In this document: piece by piece, positions 1-12,400 of the stretch | Numbering within the stretch: the first letter of the stretch is position 1 | Layout: every line of letters begins with the position of its first letter | NCBI GenBank assembly: GCA_030704615.1 | Contig: CM060731.1 | Span: 9,176,001 to 9,240,000, forward strand | DNA length: 64,000 nt | Direction: 5' to 3' | DNA from: Takakia lepidozioides | Lineage: Eukaryota > Plantae > Bryophyta | Translations under genes and position numbers: made by a program | The notes under the pieces: generated by a model | What the model was told of the DNA's origin: nothing | What the model saw: the letters and a program-made list of their open reading frames with translations, nothing else | Databases searched by the model: none

Positions 1-334
1 TGCGTTGTTGGGTAGGTCCAGGGCACAGAATTGGGCCCTTCCCGGAACCCATGAAGCCTCGCAATGGAGGCGGGAGTGGAGAGACGGAGAGAGGAGGATC
101 GGTACCCCCTCTTTGAACCTGTGGATGTTGGCTTCCAGAGAGAGAGTTGTTGATTGGCCAAAGATGGTCAGTGAGGTGGGAAATTTTCTGGGTATCTAGT
201 TTGTGTTCTTGAAAGGAAATGATGGCATTTTGGCGGAGCATTGGATGCAGCCAGTTCCTAAGCTTGACGCTTTTTAGGGAGTCTGGGCCTTGCCCCAACC
301 CCTTGATGTTCCATGAGGATAAGTTAATCAACAT
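1..334 (-). pseudogene. LINE ORF2 N-terminus (APE-like endonuclease), inverted, runs off window
   Basis: Manual reading of the - strand from ATG at 334 gives MLINLSSWNIKGLG...NAIISFQEHK, the SWN-x-GL and QE-x-K motifs of LINE endonucleases; frameshifted. Confidence 0.75.
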
Positions 335-684
335 GTGGGTGGAATAGCAGGCTGAGGGTGTTAATCTCATTCGATGGCCCAGGGTTGTCAAAGAAGAAGC
401 GGACCCTACGATTTGTCGGGAGTAAAGAGTTGACCCATCGGTAGGTGGGGGGTGGTTTGGGCAGGAGCTTCCTGACCTTGATCATAACCACATTGGTTTG
501 GGTAGATGGGTCAGACAAGGCAGGAGGCGGTGGAGATGGGACGAACTGGCTGGGGTTTGAGTAGATTGTGTCGATGGATAACAGATGGGTGTAGGTAAGG
601 AAGAATTTAGAATCCCTCCAATCCCTCCAAGAACAGAAACTAAAGCTCCAAGCAGGAGTCAACTGGTCAACCAAGGGGGGGAAA

Positions 685-3600
685 ATGTCAACTTTGACGA
701 GACTAGGTTACGCAAAGCCTCTCAAAACATTACAAGAACTAATTGACCAATCCACTAGCATTTCTGCCTCAACCCCAAAACAGCTTTCCACCCTAGCAAA
801 GATCCACTTTACAAATCTCTTCCAAAGTGACTCTCATGGAGATCTAACCCTCTCTCCACACCAACAAATATGCCTGCAATCCACCCCATCCTTGTTACAT
901 CCAAACCTATCTGCTCCCCTCGAAGGGGAGCTCACTCTGATGGAACTAGAAACAACGTTGCGCAAAATGCACAATGGGAAATCCCCGGGCATCGATGGAA
1001 TCCCAGTGGAATTCTACAAATGCCTCTGGCCTGAAATCTCCAGCAATTTTCTCTCCATGGCCAACTAGATCTTCCGCTGTGGCATTATGCCAGAAAATTT
1101 GTCCCAAGGAGTCATTAATCTCCTCTTCAAAAAAGGAGACCGCACCAATATCTCCAACTACCGTCCCATCACCCTCCTAAATGATAGAGGTGTCCAACCA
1201 CATAAAAGAATATCTCTACACGCATTTGTATGTTGGGTATGCATGCATACCTGTATCAAATCATACACATCATGGTAGTATATGTTTGCATGGGCATGCA
1301 CGTGTGGAGGACATGTGGCTCTACAATCTTATTGGATGAACAAAGAGGTAAAAATGCATTGGGAGCAGAGTAACTGCACTTTTCATACCTCTTTGACTAC
1401 TTTGGGGCACAGCCATTCACGAACTTTAAAATTTCTTGTTGGACACCAAACAAGGCCAACCAAATTAGCATTGAAAAATACATCCCTCAGATGCTAATTT
1501 TCTGGATGTCATAATCTTCAAGAGGCCATCTTGTAATGTTGTACCAGAAACTATATAGGTCCTTATCTGCTCAACAGTCTTGTTGGCTATTGGGCAGATG
1601 GATGCTTACCACAACGGTTCCCAAAAGGCATATCACATAAGACGCGGTCCACGCAGCCGGTGCGTAGCGCCAGGCGCCCTGCATCCCATTGGACCACATC
1701 ACATGGCCCTGAAGCTCCACTTCCTGCAAACACATGGAATTGGTATGCGAGCAAAGAAACATGTCCACACATATTCCCTGTGCCGCATTGGGAGTATAAT
1801 TCTCCCGCAATACAATGTGCCAAACATTGGGAACTAACCCCACGTAGCTGTTCCTGCTCCAACGTTAACCTAAGCCTGGGGACAATGGATTGATGAGGTA
1901 TTCCACAAAAGCTCAGCCAAGCAGTTACAATATTGTCGATGCACGATTAACAAAAGCCAAGCTTCTGAAACAGCTTCAAATTCCTGATTTCATGAATTGA
2001 CATGTCATTAACAAGAGCTCAAGGTCCAACTCACCATTAGCGTTCCATTCAGTAGCATCCAGTGCTTTTGATGAGGAATCCCCTGCCAGGGCCATTATCC
2101 TTCCTCCCAGCCAGTCAGCTGCCTCCAACGGTATGGTGCCACACCCACACCTGCCACAAGTCGTCATCATGCACATGAAAGTAATCATCCTCTTTCGAAC
2201 AAGATAACATGGGATATGCATAAATTGGAAGCTACACAATATGACAATAGCATACTTAGAAAACCTCACATCATCAAGTTGTAGTCCATACGGACAGCAT
2301 TAAACCCCATACCCACACAGTATAAGCTGAAGGGAGGGGTAGTGATCATACATGGGATCAAGCACGATATGGCCGGCCTCAATTTGGCCTAGCTGCAGCA
2401 GAGCATATGCTGTGCTGCCAAGCAAGCAGATTTCAAACATGATGCAAAACCAGCATTACATCTAAGCAATCTCTTCTAACCTACCTCCCTGCCAGCCAAG
2501 TGGGACCCACTCTCTCAGCCAGAAGGTAGTGTATGATGGGTGAACAAGCCTGTGGCATGGTTTATCTATTTGAAAACATGACCAACATTGCAACTACGCA
2601 TCTTCCCTTGAGTAGTTTGACCCTGCCAGTGGGACCTTAGGTCAAGTGACGAAATGGACAAATCCTTGAAACAACATTCAAAGAGTGACAAGATGAACTT
2701 CCTGCCAAGTCTGGGACACACTTCACCGAGCTCAGACACTGATAGAAATGTATTCATTAGACTTTACTTGTCATAGGCTTCTAGGGGTAGAAGATCTGAC
2801 ACAAAGAAGGAAACAGGGGGAGTTTATATACAACCATACCTGGGCTTCAAGGAAGTGCTCACTAGTGCTTGTCGATAATGTCTCCTCGAGTACAGCTGCC
2901 TATAAAATTATAGCCAAAGCCCTAGCTCTCAGACTACAAGCCCACCTTCCAGCTCTCATCAGACCTAACCAAACCGGCTTCATTAAAGGCAGATACATCA
3001 TGGACAACCTCCTTCTTGCCCAAGAAATACCTGACTTCGCCCTCAAAACTAAACAAGCAATCGCTCTCCTGCTCCTTGACTTCAAGAAAGCCTTCGATAG
3101 GGTTGAATGGTCATTCCTCATGGGAGCCCTTGCCAAGATAGGTATCCCAGAATCTTTCAGGAAATGGGTTATCATCCTCCTTCAAAACTCCTTGAGCAGG
3201 GTCATTGTCAATGGCCAACTTTCACCATCATTCCCGCTCCACACGTCTGTCAGGCAAGGCTGCCCATTAGCTCCCTTCCTCTTCATTTTTGTAGCTGACT
3301 CTTTAGGCTACATGCTTGAATCCAACCGCCTCATTAGAGGTCTCCACATAACTAATTACCATACCTCTCAGCCAGCAGAACTCAAAGACTCAATGTTCGT
3401 CGACAACACCTTCCTCATCCTCCAGGCCACCCCTCAAAAGCTCCAAGAGGCTACATCTACATTGAGCCTTTTCTGCCAGGCTTCAGGGTTCAAAGTTAAC
3501 TGGGCAAAAACATGTGCTATCCTAACTGGAGACATCTGGCAATCCCTTTTAGGAACTGATTCTTCATGGGGCTGTAGCTCGGGTTTAGTGTGGCTACAAC

Positions 3601-4153
3601 CTGGACAAACTACAACACTCCTCGGTTATACCTTCGGTGTTGGCCTCTCAGATGACCAAAAGTTTGCACCCACCCTGGCCAAATTCAGACGCAAGCTTAC
3701 CTTCTAGGGCTCTAAACACCTCTCCATCATTGGGAGAACCTTGGCAGCCAATCAGGTCCTCTCGGCAAGCATCTGGTACTTCGTTGCTTCGTGGAGACCA
3801 AACACCAATCAGATAAAAAAAAAATCTAGTCTTCTCCGCAACTTCATATGGGGATCTGATTTCCAGACTAAGAAAAGACCACAAGTTTTGTGGAAGTAGA
3901 TCTGTCTGCCCAAAAACAAGGGGGGCTTGGAATTATTGATCCAGATAACAGCTCTCCTCGGCAAATGGATTCCTCGCTTCAAGAAACGGTCTTCTCTGCA
4001 CTAGCTCGTCACCATCCCACTGTGCCTGGGCAGCTCAACCGCCAAATCGATGGCGAGGACGCAACATACCCCTCCATGGTAGCATCCCCAGAGTTTGATA
4101 GGGATATCAATTGGCGCCACATCAAATCGGCTACTAGTCTGAAATTTCGTTGA
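685..4153 (+). pseudogene. LINE ORF2 reverse transcriptase (fragmented)
   Basis: ORFs 685-1068, 1087-1183, 2896-3707 and 3890-4153 carry consecutive RT motifs, with stops and frameshifts. Confidence 0.88.
1590..2895 (-). pseudogene. Fragment of a THUMP-domain/UPF0020-type (TrmN/THUMPD-like) RNA methyltransferase gene with introns
   Basis: Exons ~2895-2840, 2414-2352, 2150-~2035 and ~1715-1608 with GT-AG borders splice to LYSRRHYRQALVSTSLKPS-TAYALLQLGQIEAGHIVLDPM-CGCGTIPLEAA...VVQWDA...VDRVLCDMPFG (DPMCGxGT and DMPFG motifs). Confidence 0.8.
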
Positions 4154-5499
4154 GATCCATTCGTGCACAGATCGTGCACACAAATAAGCTTCGGACAGGT
4201 TCCAAGCGGCGGCTAAGCCATTCACGTTTCAGATTCCTTGTAGATCTCACCAGTCCAGAAGCGACTGCCTACAGTCAAAGCAACCCCCTATGGGTATGAC
4301 TTCTACATAGGGCTTGTAACCCTAGGTCTTATTCTCCCTTTGGGAGGTTAGTTCGTTTATCACTGACTACGGTGTGTGTACGTCATGGTGTAATCTGGGG
4401 TTTTAATTTTTTTCCCCTCAATAAACTCAATAAAACTAATTCAGGGCCTCCCCCTGTTCAAATAAAAAAATGAATAAATGAATCATATATGAAACCCAAA
4501 AAATAATTTTTATTCCACTAACAATACGTTAGTGCCATTACAAATTAGTCATATATACTTTGATCAACTTTAGAAATGTTTGCGGATGTTGGACAAATGA
4601 AAAAACTTTGACTCTAATGCCGATGTTCACGAAGAGAGATAAAGAAAGAATATATACTTCAACCACATCATGTAGAGCTTAAAGTCCAAAACTGACAAAA
4701 AGTAGAAACAAACATTAAAATCAGGAGAGCTTCATTCATAGTTCAGATCATCCAATAGAAATGACAAATCAAACTTGGACACGGATGATGCTCTCGGATG
4801 CATTCCAGATCGACAGCCACCGTGTCTGCCATTTCCGATCCAATGTCAGTTTATTTTCGAATGTCCTTGACATGTAAGTCGAACTGTGCATATACACACT
4901 TAAGAACTTGCGATTTCTACAGCAAATTGTCCATATGCCCTCCCACAGCCGTAAATAATACTATAATTGTTAAGAACTAACATCATGGGATGACATATTC
5001 TAGACTTGAGAAGCCGTCATGAATGATGATTCCCTTCCCAAACGACTTGTATTCAGGGGCTGAGTTTAAAGATGCCTCCCCATGCCCCATCCGATTCCAG
5101 CTTGACTTTCTACACCAGAAGAGAATGATCTATTCTCGGAATGGTCGAATAAATCATCAGAATTGATACTGGAACGTGTGGTTAACGAAGTTGAAGATCT
5201 TGAACCATTCACATCTTGAACCAGTCCGATCTTGAACCATTTCGATTTTGAACCATTCTGACGAATGTTTGCTTTCTCTTTTAGAACTAGAGTCCTCGCA
5301 AGTCACTGAAAAATATCGAAGCCCACAAACCCAATAAAAAACGACCGGCTAATTGAGAAACTAAAATAAAGAACAGTACATACCTAAAAAAAGTGCATGT
5401 TACCACTCAGTATTTATTTAACTTTGATATGAACGGCGAAGTACATACCAAGATAATCAGGCTAACTTGTCCACGGATGGAAAACAGAATGATCCAAAT

Positions 5500-6104
5500 A
5501 TCGCCCATACCAAGACCATAGCGGGTGATTCCGATCTATCGCTGCGCGAGATGCTTTTGCAAAGCTCTCACTCACATACTCAACAACAGTGGATACTCCT
5601 ATCATGTTTGAGATGAATGGCCACACTGCATCATTTATATTAGACAGCTTATTTTTTTACCCATTAAAAGTAAGAGGGAAATATTTAGTATCTGTAGGGT
5701 TTCTGAGTGATTTTGATGGTTCATCATCCACATGAAGGATTTGCCCTTCCCTCGCAAACGTTTTTCTAGGAAAACTAGCAAGAACGGTTTGAATATCCTT
5801 AATGAGATATCTCACAAAACATTGTAGCATCTTAAGAACAATGTCTCTTTCAGAGCAAGACCAAATGACGACATGAAAGTTTTCAAAAAGACGCCTCAAG
5901 AACTCCACCACTCCAGGCCGAGGAATGACAAAAGGAGTATCTGGGACCTTAATGGTCACATTTCTCCCTGAAAATCTGTTTTTGAACATCTCTCTTCCAA
6001 TCGGAGGTGGTCGATAGCAAATGAGACCATTAACACTCAATATTATGAGCTTCATCCGCCTCTTCGGAGTAGAGGCATCCCTATCCGAAGAAGCATAATT
6101 CTCC
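5500..6104 (-). CDS. FCP1/NIF-homology HAD-like protein (copy 1), probably catalytically degenerate or pseudogene
   Basis: KLIILSVNGLICYR...RPGVVEFL..LFENFHVVIWSC...LHVDDEPSKSLRNP. Upstream splice acceptor at ~6105. C-terminus continues past a stop/frameshift at ~5657. Confidence 0.72.
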
Positions 6105-6548
6105 TGAAACCAATGTAATTGAGATTAGTGCAGATAGAACACCTATGCAACCTCGACATTTATGTCGAGGTAAATGTATCCTTGAGATTCACCGAAGACA
6201 ATTTGAATATCTCCACGACACTACAGAGTCTTAGGATATACCTAATGGATAAATGAATCACAATGTTTCAAACAAACATTAGAGAAAGATATGCAGCTAC
6301 TACACCTTCTGAATCCCTCTTGATTGAGATTCAGCAGAACAAATTCTATACACTTATACAACGTGAACATAGACTTAATCCATGACGATGATGGTATCAT
6401 CTGGTCATGGGAAGAAAATTCAAACATCATAAATTCATTCTGTCCAACTGAAGAGAATGAATCTACAATCTTCAATCATCAGCGGACCAAATGAGAGTGG
6501 TCGATTGAATAAACATTGATATGCAGATACATTACAAAAATCAGTCGG

Positions 6549-7272
6549 TGTCGCACACCTCAGTTCGGTAAACTCCCCTTCAAGTCATAGTTACTCGCTT
6601 TGATGCGCGCGCCTGACTCCCAACCTGGCCGCCGGGCCAACTTGGAGTTTCGGCTGCTCACCGGGACATAACGGTCCCCTTCCGCTTCCCTCTAAACCCT
6701 CCACCTATTTGGGACTAGGAGAATTCCCTTTGGTAGATGGCAGTCCGGAAGAGCTCCCCACTCTTTGGTCGCTTTCCGGCTCGCTCGCTTACTCACTAGT
6801 TTTTGGTCACCAACGGGCTTGCACCGTTCTCGGGGTTACTACTCCCTATATATACTTCTGTAGCTGTCCGCGGGGGTTTCATAACCAGCCATGCCATTTT
6901 ATGGTGAACCACCACGAAAACCCTCGACTCCCGGTGGTGAGTCGCGGTGAGTCTTGGCCCACTCACCGCGGCCCCAATGGACCGTGATGAGTCCCAAGAC
7001 TCCCCACGACTCCCACCTCGAGGTCTCCACCCCATGGTGAGTCCTATGCCACCCCCACTAAGTCCCACTAAGCTACCACCACCCCTTGTGGAGCCACCTC
7101 CACCGCAACCCGGTGTGCGGGGCTCCACCTAGTGAGCGCCTCCGCCTCCTTGAGTGCCTTGGGCACTCAAGGGTGCTTCAGCCCCCCATACCTATCGCTG
7201 CCGCTGCCCCCACCACAGGGGCAGCCCCTCATGTGTCCCGACCCCCTGCCCTCAAGGCAAAGGGCCGCGACA
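6549..7272 (-). repeat. 3' LTR of the gypsy element
   Basis: Direct repeat of 24133-24854 with TG...CA ends. Purine-rich GGTAGGGGTGTG (PPT-like) immediately internal on - strand (7273-7284). Confidence 0.97.
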
Positions 7273-8178
7273 CACACCCCTACCAACAGGGAGTCGATGT
7301 CCTCATCGACTTGTCCATTTTGTAGAAACGAACATCCAAGTTGTGGCGTCCCACATCAAGGAGTTTGTTTCCGTACCATGGCGTCCCATGGCAAAGAACC
7401 AAACCCCACACTTGACTCCACTCTCCACTAGCTAGTTCGGCCGATTTCCTCCAAGTCCCGGCCAAGGGTGGAGCCTCTCCAGCTCCTCCCAGTGCACTCT
7501 TCTTGGCCTACTTCAAGGCCAAGGAACGATCCTCCCCGAGGATCGAATCGCCTTACTGCAACAACCTTGCTTGCGATCGCTCATGATGCCGCTTTTGGCA
7601 TCACCTTGAGCAAGGGTTCACCTGGAACCCTCTTTGACTAGGAAGATAACCTTGAACCAACCGTGCGCCCCAATCACTACAATTGGGTCCGCCTTGGAAT
7701 GCTGGCCTGAGGTACGGGAACACGCCGAAGCCGCACTACGACTTCGTCCCGAGGCTACACGATTATAGTACGTGAACGGAAGCACGTAGCTTCCGCGTTA
7801 GCCCGCACTACAAGGCAACCCCCTCGGTAGCGCAGTTATAGTACGCGCACGCGCCAGGTGCGCACTAGCACTTGAACTCCCAAATAAGGCGCAAGTTTCC
7901 TTGCCCCTTGGATGGGAGTCACCCGATTTCGGCACTGCGCAAACACACGATTAACCCAATTTACCTCTCCCACTTTTGTAAGCTAGCATGCATTCTACAC
8001 ACCAGCCAACCACACCATGCATCACCATTCCAAACACAATAGGACGCACAATATTTGGAACCCATTTCCTTTATCACAAATTTTTGTACAATACAAGTTT
8101 TTGCAATCGGATTCCTGAGCTAGCTAAACCGGGCTAAGCATGCATTTCCTCCCCCACGCTCCAAGGTTGATGTCCCCA

Positions 8179-8772
8179 TCAACGCTTCTTCCGCTTTTGA
8201 GGTCGCCCTTCGAACGCTGCAACTGCCTCGGATGCGTTTCCCATTTCTGAGGCACGCACCCAAGATGCCTCCACAAGATGATAGCCCTTCCATTTGACGA
8301 GATACTCCGTTTCTCGGTTCTTGAACCTCCTCGACTTAAGTATTGCCTCCACCTCGTACTCGGGTTCATTTTCATGATCCAACAGCATAGGTGGCGGACG
8401 CAACACTTGCTGCCGATTCGGACGTGCTTCATCTTTGAAGTAAGGCTTCAAAAGGGAGACATGGAATACTGGGTGCACCTTGCTGTTTGCTGGCAGCTCC
8501 AATTCATACACATCCTCATTCATAACCCTCCGAATGCGAAAGGGACCCGCATACGGAGGTACGAACTTCGGACTCATTTCCGGAGGTAGTCGAAAATTCT
8601 TGATGTTCAACCAGACCTCTGTGCCTGCCTCAAACTTCACTTCCCTCCGCTTCCGATTCGCCTGCCTTTCATACCGTTTCCTAGCTTTGGCAATGTTGTA
8701 CTTTGCGAGCTTCAACAAACGCTCGCGTTCTTCCAGTACCGCCGCTACTGCCGGTTCCTCAACGTCCTGGGC
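8179..8772 (-). CDS. Integrase C-terminus (GPF/GPY module) plus group-I chromodomain, separated from the IN core by the MULE insertion
   Basis: YAGPFRI...VHPVFHVSLLKPY...YEVEAIL...YLVKWKGY...SW. Confidence 0.93.
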   Translation of the reverse strand, partial: AQDVEEPAVAAVLEERERLLKLAKYNIAKARKRYERQANRKRREVKFEAGTEVWLNIKNFRLPPEMSPKFVPPYAGPFRIRRVMNEDVYELELPANSKVHPVFHVSLLKPYFKDEARPNRQQVLRPPPMLLDHENEPEYEVEAILKSRRFKNRETEYLVKWKGYHLVEASWVRASEMGNASEAVAAFEGRPQKRKKR

Positions 8773-8989
8773 CAGGGATGCCTCGGCGTGAGCCTGGTCA
8801 CGTGAGCACGTGAGCGCGTGAGCGCGACTGCGCTCACGCCACGTCACCTTGCGCAAATGCCACATCACGGGTCTCAGTCCACGTCATCACACGTGGAGGC
8901 CGAGTCACCACGCACCCAGAAAGAAGTGGAGTGTATTCCCGCGGATTGGCACCCTTTACCGCGGAAACAAGCTGGACGACATAATAAAA

Positions 8990-9350
8990 GGCATTGAATA
9001 AATGATGGATGAATGTACAGTTGGATGATAAACAGATGGATGAGTTTGAAAAATCTATGTAGATGGATGAATGACGGATGGATAAGAGTAAAATGGATGA
9101 ATGTATAATGGATGTTGAGCAATGACAAAAATTCATGACAGGAAGATGCATGACCAAATCTTTTGACGAATGCACAAAGTATATGAAATGAGTGTGGAAG
9201 GTTTGTGGGGTGGATTAAAGAGTACAGAGGATGAATGTACAATGGATGTTGTACAAAGGAAGCTTTCATGAATGGAGCACGCATGAATACAGTGTAGATG
9301 AATGCACAATGGATATGAGAAGAGTCAGGAAGGTTTGTGAGATGGATTCA
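8990..9350 (+). repeat. Degenerate (G)GATGAATG/ATGGATG short-repeat tract in the MULE-1 left subterminal region
   Basis: Many GGATGAATG/ATGGATGA copies between the accessory gene 3' end and the left terminus. Confidence 0.65.
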
Positions 9351-9476
9351 TACATATAGCAATTTAAACGAAAGTTGATTCTGTGATTATTATTTGTTCT
9401 AAAGGAACAACTACGGTAGAGTAAGGGGATTCAACGTTTCCAGATAATATGAAAATGAATATTAAAAGAATACCGT

Positions 9477-12400
9477 TCAGTCTGACTCAGAGTCAGTACA
9501 ATGTATCCCCTCTTCCTCTGCATCTAAGTCTAAGTATTTTAGAACACCGGATCCACGCTGGATACACCTACGGCTGGCCACTAAAAAGTCAGGGGATAGG
9601 GACTCGGACGCGTGAAGTGCCATTGCTTCGGCATAAACAGGGAGCAGAAAATTGGAAAGGGGGCTGTCGAAAACAGACTCGCCAGAAATGACTGTATCTC
9701 CTGAAGATCCACCGCTGGCTTTCCTGAAAGACAGCCTGAAAAAGTTATTACTGTAACTTTGATGTTATCGAGAAATTGAGTATGACTCCCAAAGAGGGTT
9801 TAGCACTTACTCACATGAAAAGTCGTTGTCGACCTGCTTATCTTCGGGATCGTCATCATTTCGAATATGAATACGATCAGTCTGTGTGCCTGAAGTGGAG
9901 CCAGACAAAAGGGGGAGGAGCACTGTGTTGTAGAGGTCAGAATCACCCTCCATACCAAAAAGGCTTCTTCCGCCTGCCTTGCATGCGTGGTAAGTTGCTC
10001 CTGCACCAGACAGGAGAACATAAGCAGTTTGGAGGAGGGGATTTAAGCAGATGAAACTATTGAAAGGAAACCAATTCGGAAGGGAGAAAACGAACCTGTG
10101 GACACAGAAAGATCGACCACCCGTGCAGAGCGGTGGCTGCATGACTCCAGCAGTATTTGCATGAATGCTGGTGACTTTTCCTTTGCACCTCTCCAGGGAG
10201 TGCCATCTGGTCTCTTCAGAGTCTGACTGGACTGCATGAAGTTGTACAAAATGTCATCGACATGGGGCTCATAGGGGGGGTTGACGAAACAACCCTGGTC
10301 AGAAATCTCAAAGCTGCGGATGGAGGATGGTGTCTTTGATGTGCGAATCCTCCGCAGGCAGATCGCCTCGAACATCCTCGTCTGCCAAAGATAGCAGGTT
10401 AGTGTGGTAAACACAATCTAAAGTGGAAGTGTGTACATCGGCTATTCAGAACTCTGACACCAAAAAACCATGAATCGTTGATGATCGGTGTCGATCATAA
10501 AACATTCTACTAGAGTGGAGCTGCAGAGAAAATTGAAACTCATGATCAAAGCATAAGCAGAAGGCAGACGGCATACCAGCTGACCAGGGAAACCCCCTTT
10601 CACAAGGTAGAGGCTGTTCACACAATTCCATGTGCGCAAAACTTCAAACCCTGAAGACTTGAGGTATGATGCCAATGCCCGACGACTATCATTGTCACAT
10701 GACTGAAAAAGCAGAAGTGTCCCTGCATCAGAGAGGAAATTGTTACAGAACCCGAATACCCAACTCCAGTAGTTGTCCTCGAATTTGTTCCACCCTGGCG
10801 TCTTGCCCTTTGGAAGAACTTCTGGACAGCCTGGCCATCCGGGATGTCGAGAATGACAATGTCGGCCGCATAAGTTTTCTGCACACCGCACACGAAGGTG
10901 GGACCTGTGCTCACCTGCAACAGACATGTTTTTTATAAGAACGATGGCAAGAATGTTTTCAAAGAACGAGACTGAAATACTGAAAACGAAACATTCAGAG
11001 AAAAAGGAAAGAAAGTGGAATTCTCACCAGATTGAGGAATGAGATTATATTGTCCCAGGTAGGGGATGGCACCCCAGTGTATCCTCTCTTTCGACTCTGC
11101 ATCATCGAAAGCCAACCCTCATTAACAATTTTCATCTCTCCTGCTGAATCAGAACGGGAAGGGTGTGGCTTGGCATCGAACACGCACTGAAGAGTGCGGG
11201 TATATCTTCCAGCACTAAAGTCCTGCCCACTCTCCATCTCCTTTTCATTCTCCTTCCCCTTGTCCTTTTCCTTCTCTTTGGACTTGTCTTTGTCCTTTGG
11301 CTTTGCTGGTGAGATGGCTATGACATCAACAGCCTTGTCTTTTGGTTTGCGGCCCGCCTTCTTTCCCTTCTGCGGCGTTCCCTGAGCATCAGGCTCCTTG
11401 GCAGCCAAGGTTGCTATGTTTCGTTGATACTCCTCGTCAGTCAAAGGCGCCAGCATCTCAGCGTTATTGTTCAAGTATTTCATATGCTGTTCTTGAAAGG
11501 TCGTGTGCTCAGGTGGGCAGTCAAGGTACCACCCACAGTCTCTGAAGTGAGAAGGACTCCAGTCCTTCAATATCCCTGCAGTATACATGGTTGGATCGTT
11601 TGCAGGGTCCGACCACATGTCAAGATAGTCGGGAATTCCGCTCAGGTGATTTCCTTCCATAAGCACATATTTCGTGTACCTGAAAAAAGGAGATGAATCC
11701 CAACCCACAAAAGCGCTCAGTGAGAAAGATGCAAGTAGAACAGAAAGAATAAAACATGGATACAAATGGCTCTGACAACTGCTCCAAGGACCTTTCAAAA
11801 CCACACTACTGCTCCAGATATGAATGTCGTCAACGCCATTCAGAACATTCCATTCCATGACACTGTAAATACATCCTAATCCAGGTGAAAGCAAATATGC
11901 GATTAGAAATGACACAGACATAGAAGTGAATGTCGTCAACGACATTCAAGAATGAAGCCAAATTATTACTGAAATGAAGCAAAATCACAGGGTGGAAATA
12001 AAAAAATTGAGTAAGGAACCAACCAGGAAAACTCAATGCACATTCATAACGAACCTATCACTGAGGACCTCACAACATCACTGTATGTGAATGGCGTCAA
12101 CGCCATTCACAAAAATACAAAAAAGAAACCAATTACTTAGCTCCCCAATCCATGAAAATTGAATTTGTCGTTTTTTAATAATACAGACACAGCTGTGAAT
12201 GTCGTCAACGACAGTCACTTTGGATTTCTTAAAACAGAGCTTATGAAGCCTCCATATTCATCGCAAGAGGAAAAAACAATGCAGAACAACTGAATGTCTG
12301 CATTGACATTCAGCAAAATGAAGTGATCAACCCTCATTGTATCCTCTATGGACATTACAAAAATTTAAATAACCTTGAGGACCACACAACAACTCCGTAT

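Larger units (their letters stand above)
1..4470 (+). mobile_element. L1-clade-like non-LTR retrotransposon (LINE), degenerate, 5' part inverted and interrupted by a 1.7-kb insertion
   Basis: RT motifs on + strand: KSPGIDGIPVEFY (685-1068), NYRPITLLN (~1160-1183), YKIIAKAL/DFKKAFDRV/RQGCPLAP/FVDN (2896-3707). A-rich 3' tail at ~4460-4470. APE endonuclease motifs on - strand in 1-334. Confidence 0.9.

Noticed and set aside
10270-10285. NPPY in the MULE-1 accessory gene as the MTase catalytic motif
   Set aside because: It is not conserved in the MULE-2 homolog and is not preceded by the hydrophobic strand. The conserved strand+DIPDG sits at the expected motif IV position.
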